Assembly: GCF_963921235.1 (NCBI RefSeq)
Contig: NC_086108.1
Span: 50,470,001-50,534,000 of the forward strand
Direction: 5' to 3'
Origin: Mobula hypostoma
Taxonomy: Eukaryota
DNA: 64,000 nucleotides
The notes under the pieces are model-generated. The model was given only the letters and a program-made list of their open reading frames with translations, did no database searches and was not told the origin of the DNA. Within the stretch, counting starts at the first letter, position 1. Each line of letters begins with the position of its first letter. A program made the translations under genes and the position numbers. Of the stretch, positions 1 to 13,924 are shown piece after piece.

Positions 1-212
1 TGCTGTTACATCACTTGCATGTCCATAGTAACAGCAGTTTAAAAAAGTAATTTCAGTTCCTGGGGTAGAAACAGGGAACAAGCTCCATTCACCATAAAGC
101 ATATTGGAACAAAAAGTTTACTAACCTCATTTCCAGTTTGATAAAACACAATAAGTGCCAAATATTAGACTTGGTCCCCTAATACAAAGTCTTCAACAAG
201 CTGACTGTTTAC

Positions 213-357
213 CTCCCGGATTGATTGTGGTGCATTCATGGAATTCTTGGGGCCCAAGAGCTTCTTGATTCCCTCCATCACATTTTCCCTCCTCTTCTGC
301 CTGAATGACTTCTCCTCATCACACAGTGCCATGCTAAATCGAAGATCAACTGAAGAA
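213..357 (-). CDS. PLA2G4A: cPLA2-alpha coding exon (equivalent to exon 7), linker and start of catalytic domain
   Basis: 145 nt, ccttctag/TTCTT...GAG/gtaaac; (C)SSVDLRFSMALCDEEKSFRQKRRENVMEGIKKLLGPKNSMNAPQSIRE versus human SCPDLRFSMALCDQEKTFRQQRKEHIRESMKKLLGPKNS. Confidence 0.97.
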
Positions 358-556
358 CTAGAAGGAAATTGGGAGTGATTGCAATGAAATGTAATAGAAA
401 ATATATTACAGTGTTAGTGGGAGTTTCAGCACAACCTTTTACCATATGGATAAAATCATAAGAATCAAACAAACTATGTTAAATTTTCACAGATGACAGA
501 TGCATTTTTCATCAATTTTTTTTTCGTGAAAATAAATATACATCTCTTGGCCGCTA

Positions 557-1930
557 GAACATAGAAAAATAAGAGGTGAAGTTACTTATTTGCCTCCTCA
601 ACTGATTCTTGGTCCTGATACCATACAGTGGATTCCGGTGAATTAGGACAAATTGTGTCCTGTACCTTTTGTCCCAATTAAGCACCTACTCCAATTAGTT
701 GACATTTCATGGAAATAGTTAAAAAGGTATGAAAATACAAGCTAATTTTAACTGAGTAACAAACTATGCATTTAAATGAAATATTAAACAAATTAGAACA
801 CTATGAATACTACTACAATATTAGAAAATTGAGCTTTAGTTCCTAATAGTTATTGATGGAGGAAATCATCCAGTGTACGTGGCCATGATCTTTTGATCGA
901 CTGAAAATGCAAAAAATCAGCGTACACACCTAATGCAGTCAATGGAATGCCTTCATACCATGTCTTTGATGATTGCATCTTCCAAATCTTCATTTTCATT
1001 GTAACATTCAAGATGATTGTCATACCTTCAAATTCTTCATGTTCCTAACTTACTGAGTTAGTGAAATCGCTAAATTTTCACTCTTAGCCATTTCTTGCAT
1101 CTCCAAGCCTGAATACTTGAATCCGCATTGAGCAAAACAATTCTGCATTGTCTTACAGCTTATTACTCGCCAAATATCAGTGACAAAAATCACTGATTTT
1201 TGAATGCAAACACAAGCAACTGACACTATTTAAAAAGTGTTCTCTCTAAGTACAGTGTAGTGTCTAATGACCACACAAATGCAGGTGACTAATGCTAGTT
1301 AGAAACTGTTTGGCAAATTTCCTGTCCCAATTAAGTTGCATAGTGTACCAAGTAAACAAAGTGAATCCCGACTATTTTCTCGATTAGTTTTTGTTCCTTA
1401 AGAGTTGTCTAAATTAGGCAGCTACCCTGATTTACCAATGACCTAATTAACCTGAATGCAATACATTTCACTTCTCTCCCCATACCCTTTGATTTCTTTG
1501 CTGCCAAGAAATATATTTAGTGAGTTGTCTTCCACTGGTTTCTGTGATAGTTTCACAAGTTCACCTCAATCTACGTCAACAATTTTTTCCTCAACTCAGT
1601 CCTAAGTGTATCCTCACTCTGTAATCCTTTTCCTAAACCACAATGCCACCCCTGCTCCGCCAAGCCAGGGGAAACATCTTGTTGAGCCTCTAAACTTTGT
1701 TTATTAAAACCAAGTCAATCAATCTTTCCTCAAGCAATAGTTTGGCCATCCCAGGAATCAGTCTGGTGAACTGTCGATGCATTCCTTCCATGGGAAGTTT
1801 ATCCTTCCCTAGCTAAGGTGACTAAAACTACCCCAGGTCTGGCCTCAGCAATGCCCTGCGTAATTACAGAAAAACAATCCTTGCTCCTGCACTCAAAACC
1901 CCTTGCAATGAAGGCCATTATGTTCTCAAC
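557..1930 (-). mobile_element. Decayed CR1 3' fragment, split by the Tigger-like element
   Basis: gaacatagaa-type tail and RT C-terminal remnants (AFIARGFECRSKD...). Confidence 0.7.
626..1463 (-). mobile_element. Tigger/pogo-like internally deleted DNA transposon, copy 1
   Basis: TA/CAGTGGATTCC.G TIR; remnant transposase C-terminus (KT.QNCF..CGF; EEFEG.DNHLECYNENEDLEDAII); reverse orientation to copies 2 and 3; inserted into a CR1 3' end. Confidence 0.85.
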
Positions 1931-2329
1931 TGATTCTTGATGCCAAAAATGAGGAGTATTTTCAGCATTCCTGTTCTGCTGTCCTGGGGACGCATGCCAA
2001 ATGCCAGCCACAGGAAGAATGAAGCAATAACCTCTGAGGCCACAGAGCTGAAAGAAAAGGTTTACTGGAAAAGAACAGAATAGGTTCTGCAAGGTGAACA
2101 AGAATAGAAAGTAGTCCAAGGGCTCAAAATAAAACAAGTAAAATTAAGATACATGCTAATAACAGTCTTGCAAATAAAATCAAGGTAGCAAAAGAGAAAG
2201 ACAAAAATATTGATTAGTTAGTTTAACTCAGGGCTTTTTAAACTTTAGAGACTAAGGAAGATAATAGAAGAAAATATCTAATATCATCAACATTTATAAT
2301 GAGTGTGAAGTATTGCTTCACAGGCCTGA

Positions 2330-2980
2330 AGAGAGCATTGTAGAACAGAGAGACCTTGGTGTACAAGGACATAATTCCCTTGAAGTGGTGTCGAGGGTAT
2401 TTGGCACACTTGCCCTAATCATTAAGGGCACTAACGAAAAGAGTTGGGGAGGCACATTACAACTGTGCAAGGCATTGGTGACACCACACTTAGAGTATGG
2501 TGTTCAGTTCTGGTCACTGAGCTAAAAGACAATATTATTAAGCTGCAAAGGGTGAGGAAAAAATTAACAAGGATGTTACTAGAAATGGAGGGCGTGAGTT
2601 ATAAAGAGAGACTAGATAGGTTGGGGCTTTTATCCCCCAGGAATATAGAGACCTAACATGTGGCCTTTTAGAGATATACAAAATTGTGAGGGGTATTGAT
2701 AAGCTGAATGGTCACAGTTTTCAGTGAAATCTAAAACTTGATTTAAAGTGAGAAAGGCAAGATTTAAGGGAAGCCGAGGGGATACTTTTTCCATACAGAC
2801 TGCCAGAGGAAGAATAGAGACAGATACAATTATAACGTTTAAATGACATTTGAACAGATACCTGGATAGGAAGTTTTTTGAAGGATATGATCCAAATATA
2901 CTATCTCAGGTAGGCAGCTTGGTAGGCATGGATGAGATCGGCCAAGGGGCCTGTATGGTAGCTGTACAACTCTATGATCA
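2330..2980 (+). mobile_element. Decayed CR1 3' fragment
   Basis: QLCKALVTPHLEYGVQFWS and SYKERLDRLGL motifs plus CR1 3'UTR. Confidence 0.85.
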
Positions 2981-4834
2981 TGACTCCACGTAATGGTAGT
3001 TCGTAAAGATAAACAGAAAAGACACTTTAGTGATACTCACATTTAAACAGAAATTCTAATCTGAAAGAATTTCAGTGTGAAGGAACTAAAAGGGCAGCAA
3101 ATATTGGCTCCAATCAAAAGGAGAAGTAATAAATCCAAGGGATTTTATATCAGATAAATTCATGTTGGGATATTGGATTATTTACTTAAAAATACAATAG
3201 AAAAACACTTAAAGGGAAAAATTACTAAAGAATAACACAAGGAAAGGCTTAGAATGGAATTTAACACTTGATGAACCTCATTGAATTATTTAGACAAAGT
3301 AACAAAGAAATATTCATGCAACACTGTAGGTGTACACATAATGTCTTGGATATGGTATCTCATGGTGAAATGACTAAGATCAGAACACAAGGAATCACAT
3401 AATAAGCAGTCTCCTGAGATAGGTGTTGATTTGCTTTGATAGGACATATGCCACTGCCTCAAATATAATTTAGCTATTAGCATCACCTAAAGAGGGAACC
3501 CTGTTTTCAGTTGTCGAGAAACAAAAAACTGAAGACATTGGAATCTGAAGCAAACAAGATGCTGGAGGAATTCAGGAGGACAGTCAGCATCAGTGGAGGG
3601 AAATAGTGGTAGGTCTCCAGGGCCACCAGTGACATGTAATGTCTTAAGGACTGATGAAGAAAATGACATCTGAATGATGGCCAGGCCACAATGATGCTGG
3701 ATTGTTCCAGCAGTGCCTAGAGGCAGATTGGCAGGCATGACAATATCAAAAGGAGAAAAATAATAGATATATGACCAAGTATAGGATTATTTATTAAAGT
3801 CAAACGACAGAAATCAGAAATTTATTGAAGTTCTGACATATGAGAACTGCTCCAGGGTTCGGATCCGAGGACTCAGTTTTAGTTCGGAATGTTGCTGTTC
3901 GCTTCAATTGTTCGCATGATTTGTGTTTTTGTTTCATTCTCTTGTGAATTGAATGCTGGTCTTTTATTTTTATTTTTTATTCTTTTTATCTATTTAATTG
4001 GCTTATTTCAGGTTTCTTGCTTTGTGGCTTCCTGTGAGCAAACAAATCTCAAGGTTGTATAATTTATACATTCTTTGACAATAAATTAATCTTGAATCTT
4101 GTATGATCTGAGAATAACAGGCAATAAGTGTTTGGATGGTATACTCTGACGTCAGTGGAAGGACGTTTACCCAACCTTGAGCCAAACCAATAAAAAAATG
4201 TATTCAAAGTTTCCCAGCACAGATAATTTGGCTCAGGAAACTTTGAAAACATTCCTATTAAAATAATCTTATGACATTTAACAAACCTTTAATACCAATA
4301 TACTGCAAACAGCAAAGGTTAGTAAAATTGAATCTGCTTCTAAAAGCAGATACACTATGAGAATAAGAAAGTAATTTCAGTTTGGAGGATCAGCACTTCA
4401 ATTCAAAGAGGCAATGTGAATGAATCAGGCAGCTTGTCACCAGATTTGCTTTGTAAATAGGGAGTTGCCATGTTTGCTGTCAGTGAGCTTAGACAGACTT
4501 TGGAACGTGAACAACTTAGAATATGCTATGTTTTTTTTAAAAAAACATATTACAAGCTTCTACAGGAGATTTGACTGTATCTCAGGAACAACATTGTTAT
4601 GTCCTCTGTAAAGACAACATAAATCGGCAGTCAGATGAAGGTTCTTTACCGACATTTAATTTCCCTGGTGTAGCTCCAATTCCACATGCTTTTGGTACTG
4701 TCAAGGAAATGGAGTGCATGCAGCTCTTAAAGACAGCCAGACCGGAAAAAAAAAATTCCCTGGATCTGAAAGATTTTGTTATGGTATGGAGCGCAGAAAT
4801 TACAATACTGTTTCTTTGAGCATAAGCAGATAGA

Positions 4835-5400
4835 ACACAGAAATCTACAGCACATTACAGGCTCTTTGGCCCACAATGTTGTGCCAACCATGTAATCTAC
4901 TCTAGAAACTGCCTGGAATTTCCCTACCTCAGACCCTCTATTTTTTTAAGCTCCATGTACTGATCTAAGAGTCTCTTAAGAGACCCTATTGTATCCACCT
5001 CTACCAATTTGCTGGCAGTGCATTCCACATACCCACCACTCTCTGTCTGAAAAACTTACTTCTGACATCTCCCTTGTGCCTACTTCCAAGCATCTTAAAA
5101 CTATAACCCCTCGTGTTAGCCTTTTCAGCCCTAGGAAAAAGCCTCTGGCTATAAGATCAATGCCTCTCTTCATCTTATACGCCTCTATCAGATCCTCTGT
5201 TGCTCCAACGAGAAAAAGCCAAGTTCACTCAATCTATTCTCATAAGGCATGCTCTCCAATCCAGGCAACGTCCTTGTAAATCTCCTCTGCACTCTCTCTA
5301 TAGTATTCACATCCTTTCTGTAAGTGAGGACCAGAACTGAACACAGTACTCCAAGTGGAGTCTAACTAAGGTCATGTATAGCTGTAACATTACCTTGATT
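4835..5400 (-). mobile_element. CR1 3' fragment
   Basis: RT C-terminus remnants and 3'UTR; same tail family as 61970-62125. Confidence 0.8.
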
Positions 5401-5789
5401 GATCCACAATGAAGAGATGGCAAAATATCAATTGTAATGTTTTTGTTACATTTAATGATCCAGTGTAAATTCAACCTGGTTCTAGCTGTGTTTCACCCTT
5501 CTGCCAATCCTGTAGTTGGCATACTGTGAAATCCTGCGGGGAAAACTGAATCTTTTGTTCTGGGAGCAACTGTTAATTGATGGTTAGTAGTCACTCACTG
5601 AACAATGGTGTGAAGAATGAAACCCAATAACAGAGACTGAGGGGTCAACAGAGCAATAAGGCAAAGAATCGTCTAATGTTTGTCAAGATAAAAAGCCAGA
5701 GATCTGAATTTTAGGTTAGGCAGAGAACAGAATACAGAGAAGAAAAAACAAACACTGTCTTGTAATACTGTTTCCGAAGCAGTGACTTG

Positions 5790-6645
5790 TAATTCAGTAG
5801 GAAATTTGTCTTCCACAGTGTAGAATGATGCAAAATATTTATTCATGTCATCTACCATTTCCTTAACCTCTATTACTACCTCTGATATCTACTGATGGTC
5901 TGATATCTACTCTCACCTCTCTTCTACACTTATGCATCTGAAGAAACTTTTGGTATCTTCTTTAATATTATTGGCTAGCTTACTTTTGTATTCCATCTTT
6001 ACCTTCTTAATGACTTTTTTTGGTTGCCTTCCGTTGGTTTTTAAAAGTTTCCCACTAATTTTTGATCTATTATATGCCCCCTCTTTGGCTTTTATGTTGG
6101 CTTTGACTTCTCATTAGCCACGGTTCTATCATCTTTCCTTTAGAATATTTCTTCCTCTTTGGGATGTATATATCCTGTGCCTTCCGAATTACTTCCAGAA
6201 ATTCCAGCTGTTGCTGCTCTGCTGTTATCCATGTCAATGTTCTTTTCCAATCAATTCTGGCCAACTCCTCTCTCATGCCTTTGTAATTCCCTTTACTCCA
6301 CTGTAATACTGATACATCTGACTTTAGCTTCTCCTTCTCAAATTTCAGGTCAGAGTGAATTCAATCAGATTATGATGACTTCCCAAAGGGTTCTTTTACC
6401 TTAAGCTCTCTAAACAATTCTGGTTCTTTGCACAACACCCAGTCCAGAATAACTGATCCCCGAGTGGGCTCAACCACAAGCTGCTCTAAAAAGCCATCTT
6501 GTAGGTGCTCTAGAAATTCTCCCTCCTGTAATCCAGCATCAACATGATTTTCCCAATCTATCTGCACATTGAAGTTCCCCATGACTATTGTAACATTGCC
6601 CCTTTGGCATGCACTTTCTATCTCCAATTGTAACTTGTAGGCCAA
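5790..6645 (-). mobile_element. CR1 ORF2 fragment (APE endonuclease C-terminus and linker)
   Basis: VMGNFN...FLEQLVVEPTRGSVILDWVL; MREELARIDWKR; MNKYFASFYT. Confidence 0.85.
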
Positions 6646-9038
6646 TCCTCATTGCTTTTGCTCCTGTGTCAGTTCTCAGAAGGCTGGATTTTTCTACTGA
6701 GGCTTAGACACAAACTCCGTCCTCTCCTTATGGACCAGCAAGTTCATTCCCTACCCACAATGCTCACCCACAGCAACCCCCCCGCCCATGACCTTGATCA
6801 CATCACCTTCAATACCCTGGCATGGCTTAGCATATAATCAGCTCTCATCCCAAAGACCTTTATCAGCCTCCTGGAGTTTCAAACAGCAATCCCTGCTCCT
6901 CCTCTTCACCCCAACTGTTGTGACCACTTATCTTTTCACCAGTAACCCCAGGTCCTGTCTCACTGTCCCTGTAGGAGGAGAAATTTATCATCCAAAAATG
7001 TATACTGTAATGCCTATGAATCACATTGACATTTTATGGCCTTTAGCACCGCCCTATATTAGAGAGTCAATAGGTCCCTCAAGTTACTCTATTTCTACAA
7101 TATTTTAAACAGCATTCTCCAATATCCAGGACCACATTTTAACATTTTGAACTATCTTTTGTATTTTAATGCATTTTTGCACCTTTTTGTTTCATGTTTT
7201 CTATCTGGAATATCACACCTTATTCTCTCTTCTCAGAGACACTCCCATCTTCCTTCTCCATTTGACCCTGAATTTCAATTTCACTTTGCAATGCCTTTTC
7301 CTCTGCCTCATTGCCACTTCTTCCATATGCTGTTCTTGGTCCCTCTCTGATATCTTTCCACATTCCTTTTGCCACTCATTTTTCCCCGATTTCCTTCATG
7401 ACGTCTCCCATCCCCTCCATATCAGTAGTTTTAAGAGTACAACACAGCTCCTCTGTCCACATTGTCGTGTCAACGTTTTAACCTACTCCAAGATCAATAT
7501 AATCCTCTTCCATGTAGCCCTCCAATTTTCTTTCTTCCATGTGAGTCTCGTAAATGTCGCTAATGTACCTGCCTCTACCACCATCTCCAGCAGTGTGTTC
7601 CATGCACTTAACACTCGGTTTAAAAAAACAACCTCTGATAACCTCCTATACTTTCTTCAAATTGCCTTAAAAATGTCTTCTCATATTTGCCATTGCTGCC
7701 TTGGGTAAACGACATTAGCTGTCCACTCTATCCATGCCTTTTACCATCTTATACACCTCCAATCTTTCTTCACTTCAAGGGGAAAAGTCCTAGCTTGTTC
7801 AATCTTTCCTCATAAGACTCATTCTGCAACCGAGACAGCATCCTGGTAAATCTTACCTATGCTCTCTCTAAAGCTTCCACATTTTTCCTAAAATAAGGTG
7901 ACCAAAGCTGAACACAATACTCCAAATGGCATCTTACAAGAGTTATAAGGAGCTGCAACATTACCTTGCGCTTTGGAATTCAATCCCCCAGCAAAGGAAG
8001 ACCAACCCAACACATGCCTTTTCAACTACCTTATCAACTTGCATAGCAACTTTGAGTGATCTGTGGATGTGGACTTCAAAATCCCTCTGTTCTTCCACAT
8101 TGTTAAGGATTCTACTGTTAATCCTGTACTCTCCCTTCGTTTAACCTTCCAAAGTGTATCATTCACAGCATTTAATTCCATCTGCCACTCCTCAACCTGG
8201 CTCATCATCTTGCCAATGTCCCGTTGTAACCTATGGCAACCTTCTGCAGTATCTACAACACAAACTTACTAACCAACACTTCCACTTCCTCATCCAAGTC
8301 ATTTATAAAAGTCACAAAAGAACAGGGGTCCCAGAATTATCCATGCAGAACACCACTAGTGACTGACCTCCAGGCAGAATACACTCCATCTACTACCACC
8401 CACCATCTTCTACAGGCAATCTAATTCCCAATCCACAGAGTCAAGTTTCCATGGATCCCATGCCTCCTGATTTTCTGAATAAGCCTACCACAGGGAACCT
8501 TGTCAAATGCTTTACTAAAACCCATATACACCACATCCACAGCTCTAGCTTCATTATTTTGTTTTGGACTTCCTTGTAGTCAATCCAGCTTGTAAAACAC
8601 CATCTGCCCCTCACAAGACAATGATAACTATCACAAATCAGACTACGCTTCTCCAAGTGCTCATAAATCCTGTATCTAAGGATCCTCTCCGATAGTTTGC
8701 CCACCACTGATGTAAGAATAACTGGTTTATAATTCCCAGGATTATCCCTATTACATTTCTTGAACAAAGGAATAACATTGGCCACCCTCTAATCTTCTGG
8801 TACTAGTCCTGTGGTGAGTGGGGACACAAAGATCATCACCAACAGCAATGCAATCTCTTCCCTTGCTTCTAGTAGTAAGCTGGAGTATATCCCATCTGGC
8901 CCAGGGACATTTCTATCGTAATGTTTTTTAAAAGTTCCAACACTGCCCCTTTCTAAACTTCGACATGTTCCAGCACATTAGCTTGTTCTAATCACCATCG
9001 TCAAGGTCTCTCTCACTGGTGAATACTGAAGCATAGTA

Positions 9039-11281
9039 CAGTGGATTCCAGTTAACTGGGCCATCTGTTAATCAGGACAGCCTCTTACTTGGGACACTAT
9101 GCCCCTTAAATGGGACAGGAGACTGTTGCTGAACTGTTTCTAACTAGAGTCAGTCACACGCAATGTGTGACCATTAGACACTACACCACATTTAGAGTGA
9201 ATAGATTTTAAAATAGCATCATTTGTATGTGTGTTCAAAAAACAGGGATTTTTTTCACTCATAGTTGGCAAGAACAAAATGCAGTAAGACAATTCAGAAT
9301 TGTCTGCTTACTGTGTTTTCAAGCATTAAGGCTTGGAGATGCCAGAAATGGCCAGGTGTGAAAATTAAATGATTTAATGACTTCAAAAAGTTAGGAACTA
9401 TGAAGAATTTTAAGGTATCAGCAATCATCTAGAATGTTCCAATCAGTTCCTGTGGATTGGAGGGTGGCTAATGTTGTCCCACTTTTCAAGAAAGGAGGGC
9501 GAGAGAAAACAGGGAATTATAGACGGGTTAGCTTGACGTCAGTGGTGGGAAAGATGCTGGAGTCAATTATAAAAGATGAAATTACGACACATTTGGATGG
9601 CAGTAACAGGATAGGTCTGAGTAAGCATGGATTTACGAAGGGGAAATCATGCTTGACTAATCTTCTGGAATGTTTTGAGGATGTAACTATGAAAATGGAC
9701 AAGGGAGAGCCAGTGGATGTAGTGTACCTGGACTTTCAGAAAACCTTTGATAAAGTCCCACATAGGAGATTAGTGGGCAAAATTAGGGCACATGGTATTG
9801 GGGGCAGAGTACTGACATGGATTGAAAATTGGTTGGCTGACCGAAAACAAAGAGCAGCGATTAACGGCTCCCTTTCGGAATGGCAGGCCGTGACCAGTGG
9901 GGTACCAAAGGGTTCAGTGCTGGGACTGCAGCTGTTTACAATATACATTAGTGATTTAGATGAAGGGATTAAAAGTAACATTAGCAAATTTGCAGATGAC
10001 ACAAAGCTGGGTGGCAATGTGAAATGTGAGGAGGATGTTATGAGAATGCAGGGTGGCTTGGACAGGCTGGGTAAAGTGGGCGGATGCATGGGAGATGCAG
10101 TTTAATGTGGGTAAATGTGAGGTTGTCCACTTTGGTGGTAAGAATAGGAAGGCAGATTATTATCTAAATGGAGTCAAGTTAGGAAAAGGGGAAGTACAAC
10201 GAGATCTAGATGTTCTTGTACATCAGTCACTGAAAGCAAGCATGCAGGTACAGCAGGCAGTGAAGAAAGCTAATGGCATGCTGGCCTTCATAACAAGGGG
10301 AATTGAGTATAGGAGCAAAGAGGTCCTTCTGCAGCTGTACAGGGCCCTGGTGAGACCACACCTGGAATATTGTGTGCAGTTTTGGTCTCCAAATTTGAGG
10401 AAGGACATTCTTGCTATTGAGGGAGTGTAGCGTAGGTTCACAAGGTTAATTCCCGGGATAGCGGGACTGTCATATGTTGAAAGATTGGAGTGACTGGGCT
10501 TGTATACACTGGAATTTAGAAAGATGAGAGGGGATCTAATTGAAACATATAAGATTATTAAGGGATTGGACACGCTGGAGGCAGGAAGCATGTTCCCGCT
10601 GATGGGTGAGTCCAGAACCAGAGGCCACAGTTTAAGAATAAGGGGTAGGCCATTTAGAACAAAGTTGAGGAAAAACTTTTTCACCCAGAGAGTGGTGGAT
10701 ATGTGGAATGCTCTGCCCCAGAAGGCAGTGGAGGCCAAGTCTCTGGATGTTTTCAAGAAAGAGATGGATAGAGATCTTAAAGATAGCGGAATCAAAGGTT
10801 ATGGGGATTCGGCAGGAACTGGATACTGATTGTGGATGATCAGCCATGATCACAGTGAATGGTGGTTCTGGCTTGAAGGGCCGAATGGCTTGCTCCTGCA
10901 CCTATTGTCTATGTTACAATGAAAATGAAGATTCAGAGCTTGCAATCATCGACAGCCTTTTATAAAGGCAGTCCATTATTTGCACCAGGTGTCTGGACTG
11001 ATTTTGTTCATTTACAGTCAATAAAAAGAACATGGAAGCATACACTGGATGAATTCCTCGGTTGATAAATATTTGGAACTAATACAGTTTTATAGTACTG
11101 TAGTAGCATTGGTAGTGTTCTAATTTGTTCTGCATTTCAATCAAATACATCATTTGTTACTCAGTTAAACGGCAGCTTGTCTTCTTTGTACCTTTTAATT
11201 ATTTCCATGAAACTTTGACTAATTGGGGCAGCCGCTTAATTGGGCCAAAATGTACTGGTCCCAATTAACTGGAATCCACTG
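9039..11281 (+). mobile_element. Tigger/pogo-like deletion derivative, copy 2 (contains a CR1 insertion)
   Basis: TA/CAGTGGATTCCAGTTAA ... TTAACTGGAATCCACTG/TA, TIRs with TA duplication; KTIQNC remnant. Confidence 0.92.
9444..10910 (+). mobile_element. Young 5'-truncated CR1 (RT domain to 3'UTR)
   Basis: ORFs 9434-10105, 10053-10430 and 10500-10829 (YLDFQKTFDKVPH, KFADDTKLG, RPHLEYCVQFW); flanked by ATGTTCCAAT/ATGTTACAAT. Confidence 0.95.
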
Positions 11282-13540
11282 TATTCATTAAGGGTTTCTC
11301 ATCCCTTCCCCAATTTCAGACATCTTTCCTCTTTTATACCCGATCAGTCCTACCCTCATTCTAATCACCCTCCTGTTCTTTTTTATGCATAGAACACCTT
11401 GGGATTTTCTTTAATCCTACTTGCCGAGGCCTTTTCATGTTCCCTTATAGTTCCATTCTTAAGCTCTTTCCTGGCTACCTTATAACGCTCAAGAGTCCTG
11501 CCTGATCATTGTTTCCTAAACCTTAAATATGTTTCCTTCTTCCTCTTGACTAAACGTTCTACAACTTGTCCAGCATAGTTCCTCCAACCTACATCTTTTT
11601 CCTGCCTCAATGGGACAAACCAATCCAGAAGCCCATGCAAGTGCTCCCTAAACTTCCACCCACTGTATTTCCCTAAGAACATCTGTTCTCAAGTTGTGCT
11701 TCAGAGGTCCTGTTGAATATCATTCCCCCTCCTTCAATTAAATACTTTCCCATACCATCTGCTCCTATCCTTGTCCAAATAGTCAGTGAGTTGTGGTCAC
11801 TCTTTCTGAAATGCTTTTTCACTGAGAAATCTGTCACCTGACCATGTTCATTGACTATTACTAGATCCTGTACAGACTCTCCTCTTGTTGGCCTGTCCAC
11901 ATATTGTGTCAGGAAGCCTTCCTGGACACACCTTCAAATTCAACCCCATCTAAACCTCTTATACTTTCAAGATGCCAATCAATATTGGGGGAGTTTAAGT
12001 CACACACCACAAAATCTATCGCTTTTGCACTTTTCCAAAATCTACCTCCCAATCTGCTCCTTAGTAACCCTGTTGTTATTCTGGGACTTACAAAATACTG
12101 CTAACAGAGTGATTGCTCCCATCCTGTTTCTGACTTCCACTGACACAGTAGAAGATCTTGCCACGATGTCCTCCCTTTCTGCACCTGATTAGCAACGCCA
12201 CTCCCCCACCTCTTTTACTTCCATCCCTGTCCCTTTAGAAACATATAAAACCTGGAACATCCAGCAGCCATTCCTGCCCTTGTGACAGCCAAGTACTTTT
12301 CACATTTAAATAACACATTTCAACCTATCCAACTGCACTTAACCCCCAATTTCTGCTTGTCCTTCCCAACAGTCTCTCTACACATTGTATCTACCTTTAC
12401 ACCAACTGCTTCATCATCTGACCTATCACTCTAGTTCCTATCTCCATGAAAACCTAGTTTAAAACCTCCAAAAAAAACACTACCAAACTAGCCTACAAGG
12501 ACATTGGTCCCTCTCGAATTTAGGTGTAACCCATCCCTTTTCTGCAGGTCCTAACTACCCCAGAAGAGATCCCAATAATTCACAAATCTGAAACCATGCA
12601 TCCTGAACTCATTCTTCAGACATATATTTACCTGCCGTATCTTCCAGCTCTTACCCTCACCGGCACAGGAGCAAAATCCAGAAATTACTACCTTCGAGGT
12701 CATGCTTTTCAGCTGCCGTCCTAGCTGCCTATATTTGCTCCTCAGAACCTCATCCCTTTCCCTAGCTATGTCGTTTGTACTAATATGTACCAAGACACCG
12801 GCTGCTCACTCTCCCCCTTAGGAATGCTGTGGACTCATTCGGAGACATTTCTGACTCTGCCACCAGGGAGGCATTGTACCAACTGGGTGCCTCGTACACA
12901 TTCACAGAATCTCTTGTTTCTTTCCTCAACTACTGAATGATTGAATTTTCTGTATAAATACTACACCTTGGGCATAGTAAACCTATAAATAGGGACTGCA
13001 TGTCTGCCTTCAGAAACAGTCCATGGTTAGGTTACCCCCATCTCTTGGCCCATTCCACCATGCCACATTGGGACACAGAAGCTCAACTTACAGTGCTTCA
13101 GCTTTCCTAGATCTCAGCTCTAGAGTTACAACATAACTCGCAACTCTAATGCCAAGGATCATCATTCTGCACACAAGTCCACAAATGTCAACAAACGATG
13201 ACATCTTATAAGGTAAATATCTGAGAGTGAAATTTAAAAAAAAACTCATATTTCATTCGTTTTTTTCATTTCAAACTTTCACGGATCATTAATTATTACT
13301 TCACCAGAGCTTCTACAATTCCCTTCTGAAGCTTTGGTAACAATCCAAAGAAACAAGGTACTGGACCATCAGTATGACTTCTCCAGGGGGCTCATGCTGC
13401 AGTGGAAGCTCACTGAACCACCGTGGAATTTACTGAAGCCCCTGAGATCCAACCAAGGCAAGCCAGCAAAGGCCCAGCATCCGGCTTCCCAATTCTAACA
13501 AGTAACAAGGCATGAATTCCAGCTTTATCACAATACGTAC

Positions 13541-13578
13541 CAAACTTCCAAGGACATGTTCAAAAATACAGTAGTCAC
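13541..13578 (-). CDS. PLA2G4A: cPLA2-alpha 38-nt coding exon (equivalent to exon 6), end of C2 domain
   Basis: tttttccag/GTGACT...GTTTG/gtacgt; VTTVFLNMSLEV(C) versus human VTEMVLEMSLEVC; phase 0 to 2. Confidence 0.93.
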
Positions 13579-13924
13579 CTGGAAAAAGATTAAGGAAATG
13601 ATTAATATGGAGCATTGTGCAGCCTAGCAACTGCTTATCAGCACTCATGGGAACAAAGCTTTGATGGGAGCAGGTCTATAAATGGAATCACAAAACACAC
13701 CAAATTTATAGTTGCTCTAAAATATTCTCCCTTTCATGCTGAAAAGGTGGGGCACAAACCCTGATTGCAAATCCTGGCAGGCAGTTCTGCTACAGAATGC
13801 TTCAGCACCAAGCTCAACTGCATTCATAACCAGCATTCACACAAATATACTGTACAATAGTTGAGGCATTGACTAACTTTGGGTATCTGTGGACTGCAGC
13901 TAATGAAACTAACTGTAGTACCCT

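Larger units (their letters stand above)
7480..12900 (-). mobile_element. Old CR1 (ORF1 esterase remnant to 3'UTR), interrupted at 9039-11281
   Basis: ORF1 VHISTNDI...NYWDLFWG (12551-12793), endonuclease remnants (11673-12250), RT ANVIPLFKK...NYKPVILTSVVGK (8441-8785); the LNEY.ASVFT motif is split by the Tigger insertion. Confidence 0.85.

Noticed and set aside
278..472. ORF-track 64-aa ORF over exon 7
   Set aside because: Wrong frame; the real exon reads SSVDLRFSMALCD
3041..3060. 20-nt ag/gtgagt-bounded segment as PLA2G4A exon 6
   Set aside because: Wrong length and no homology; the true exon is at 13541-13578
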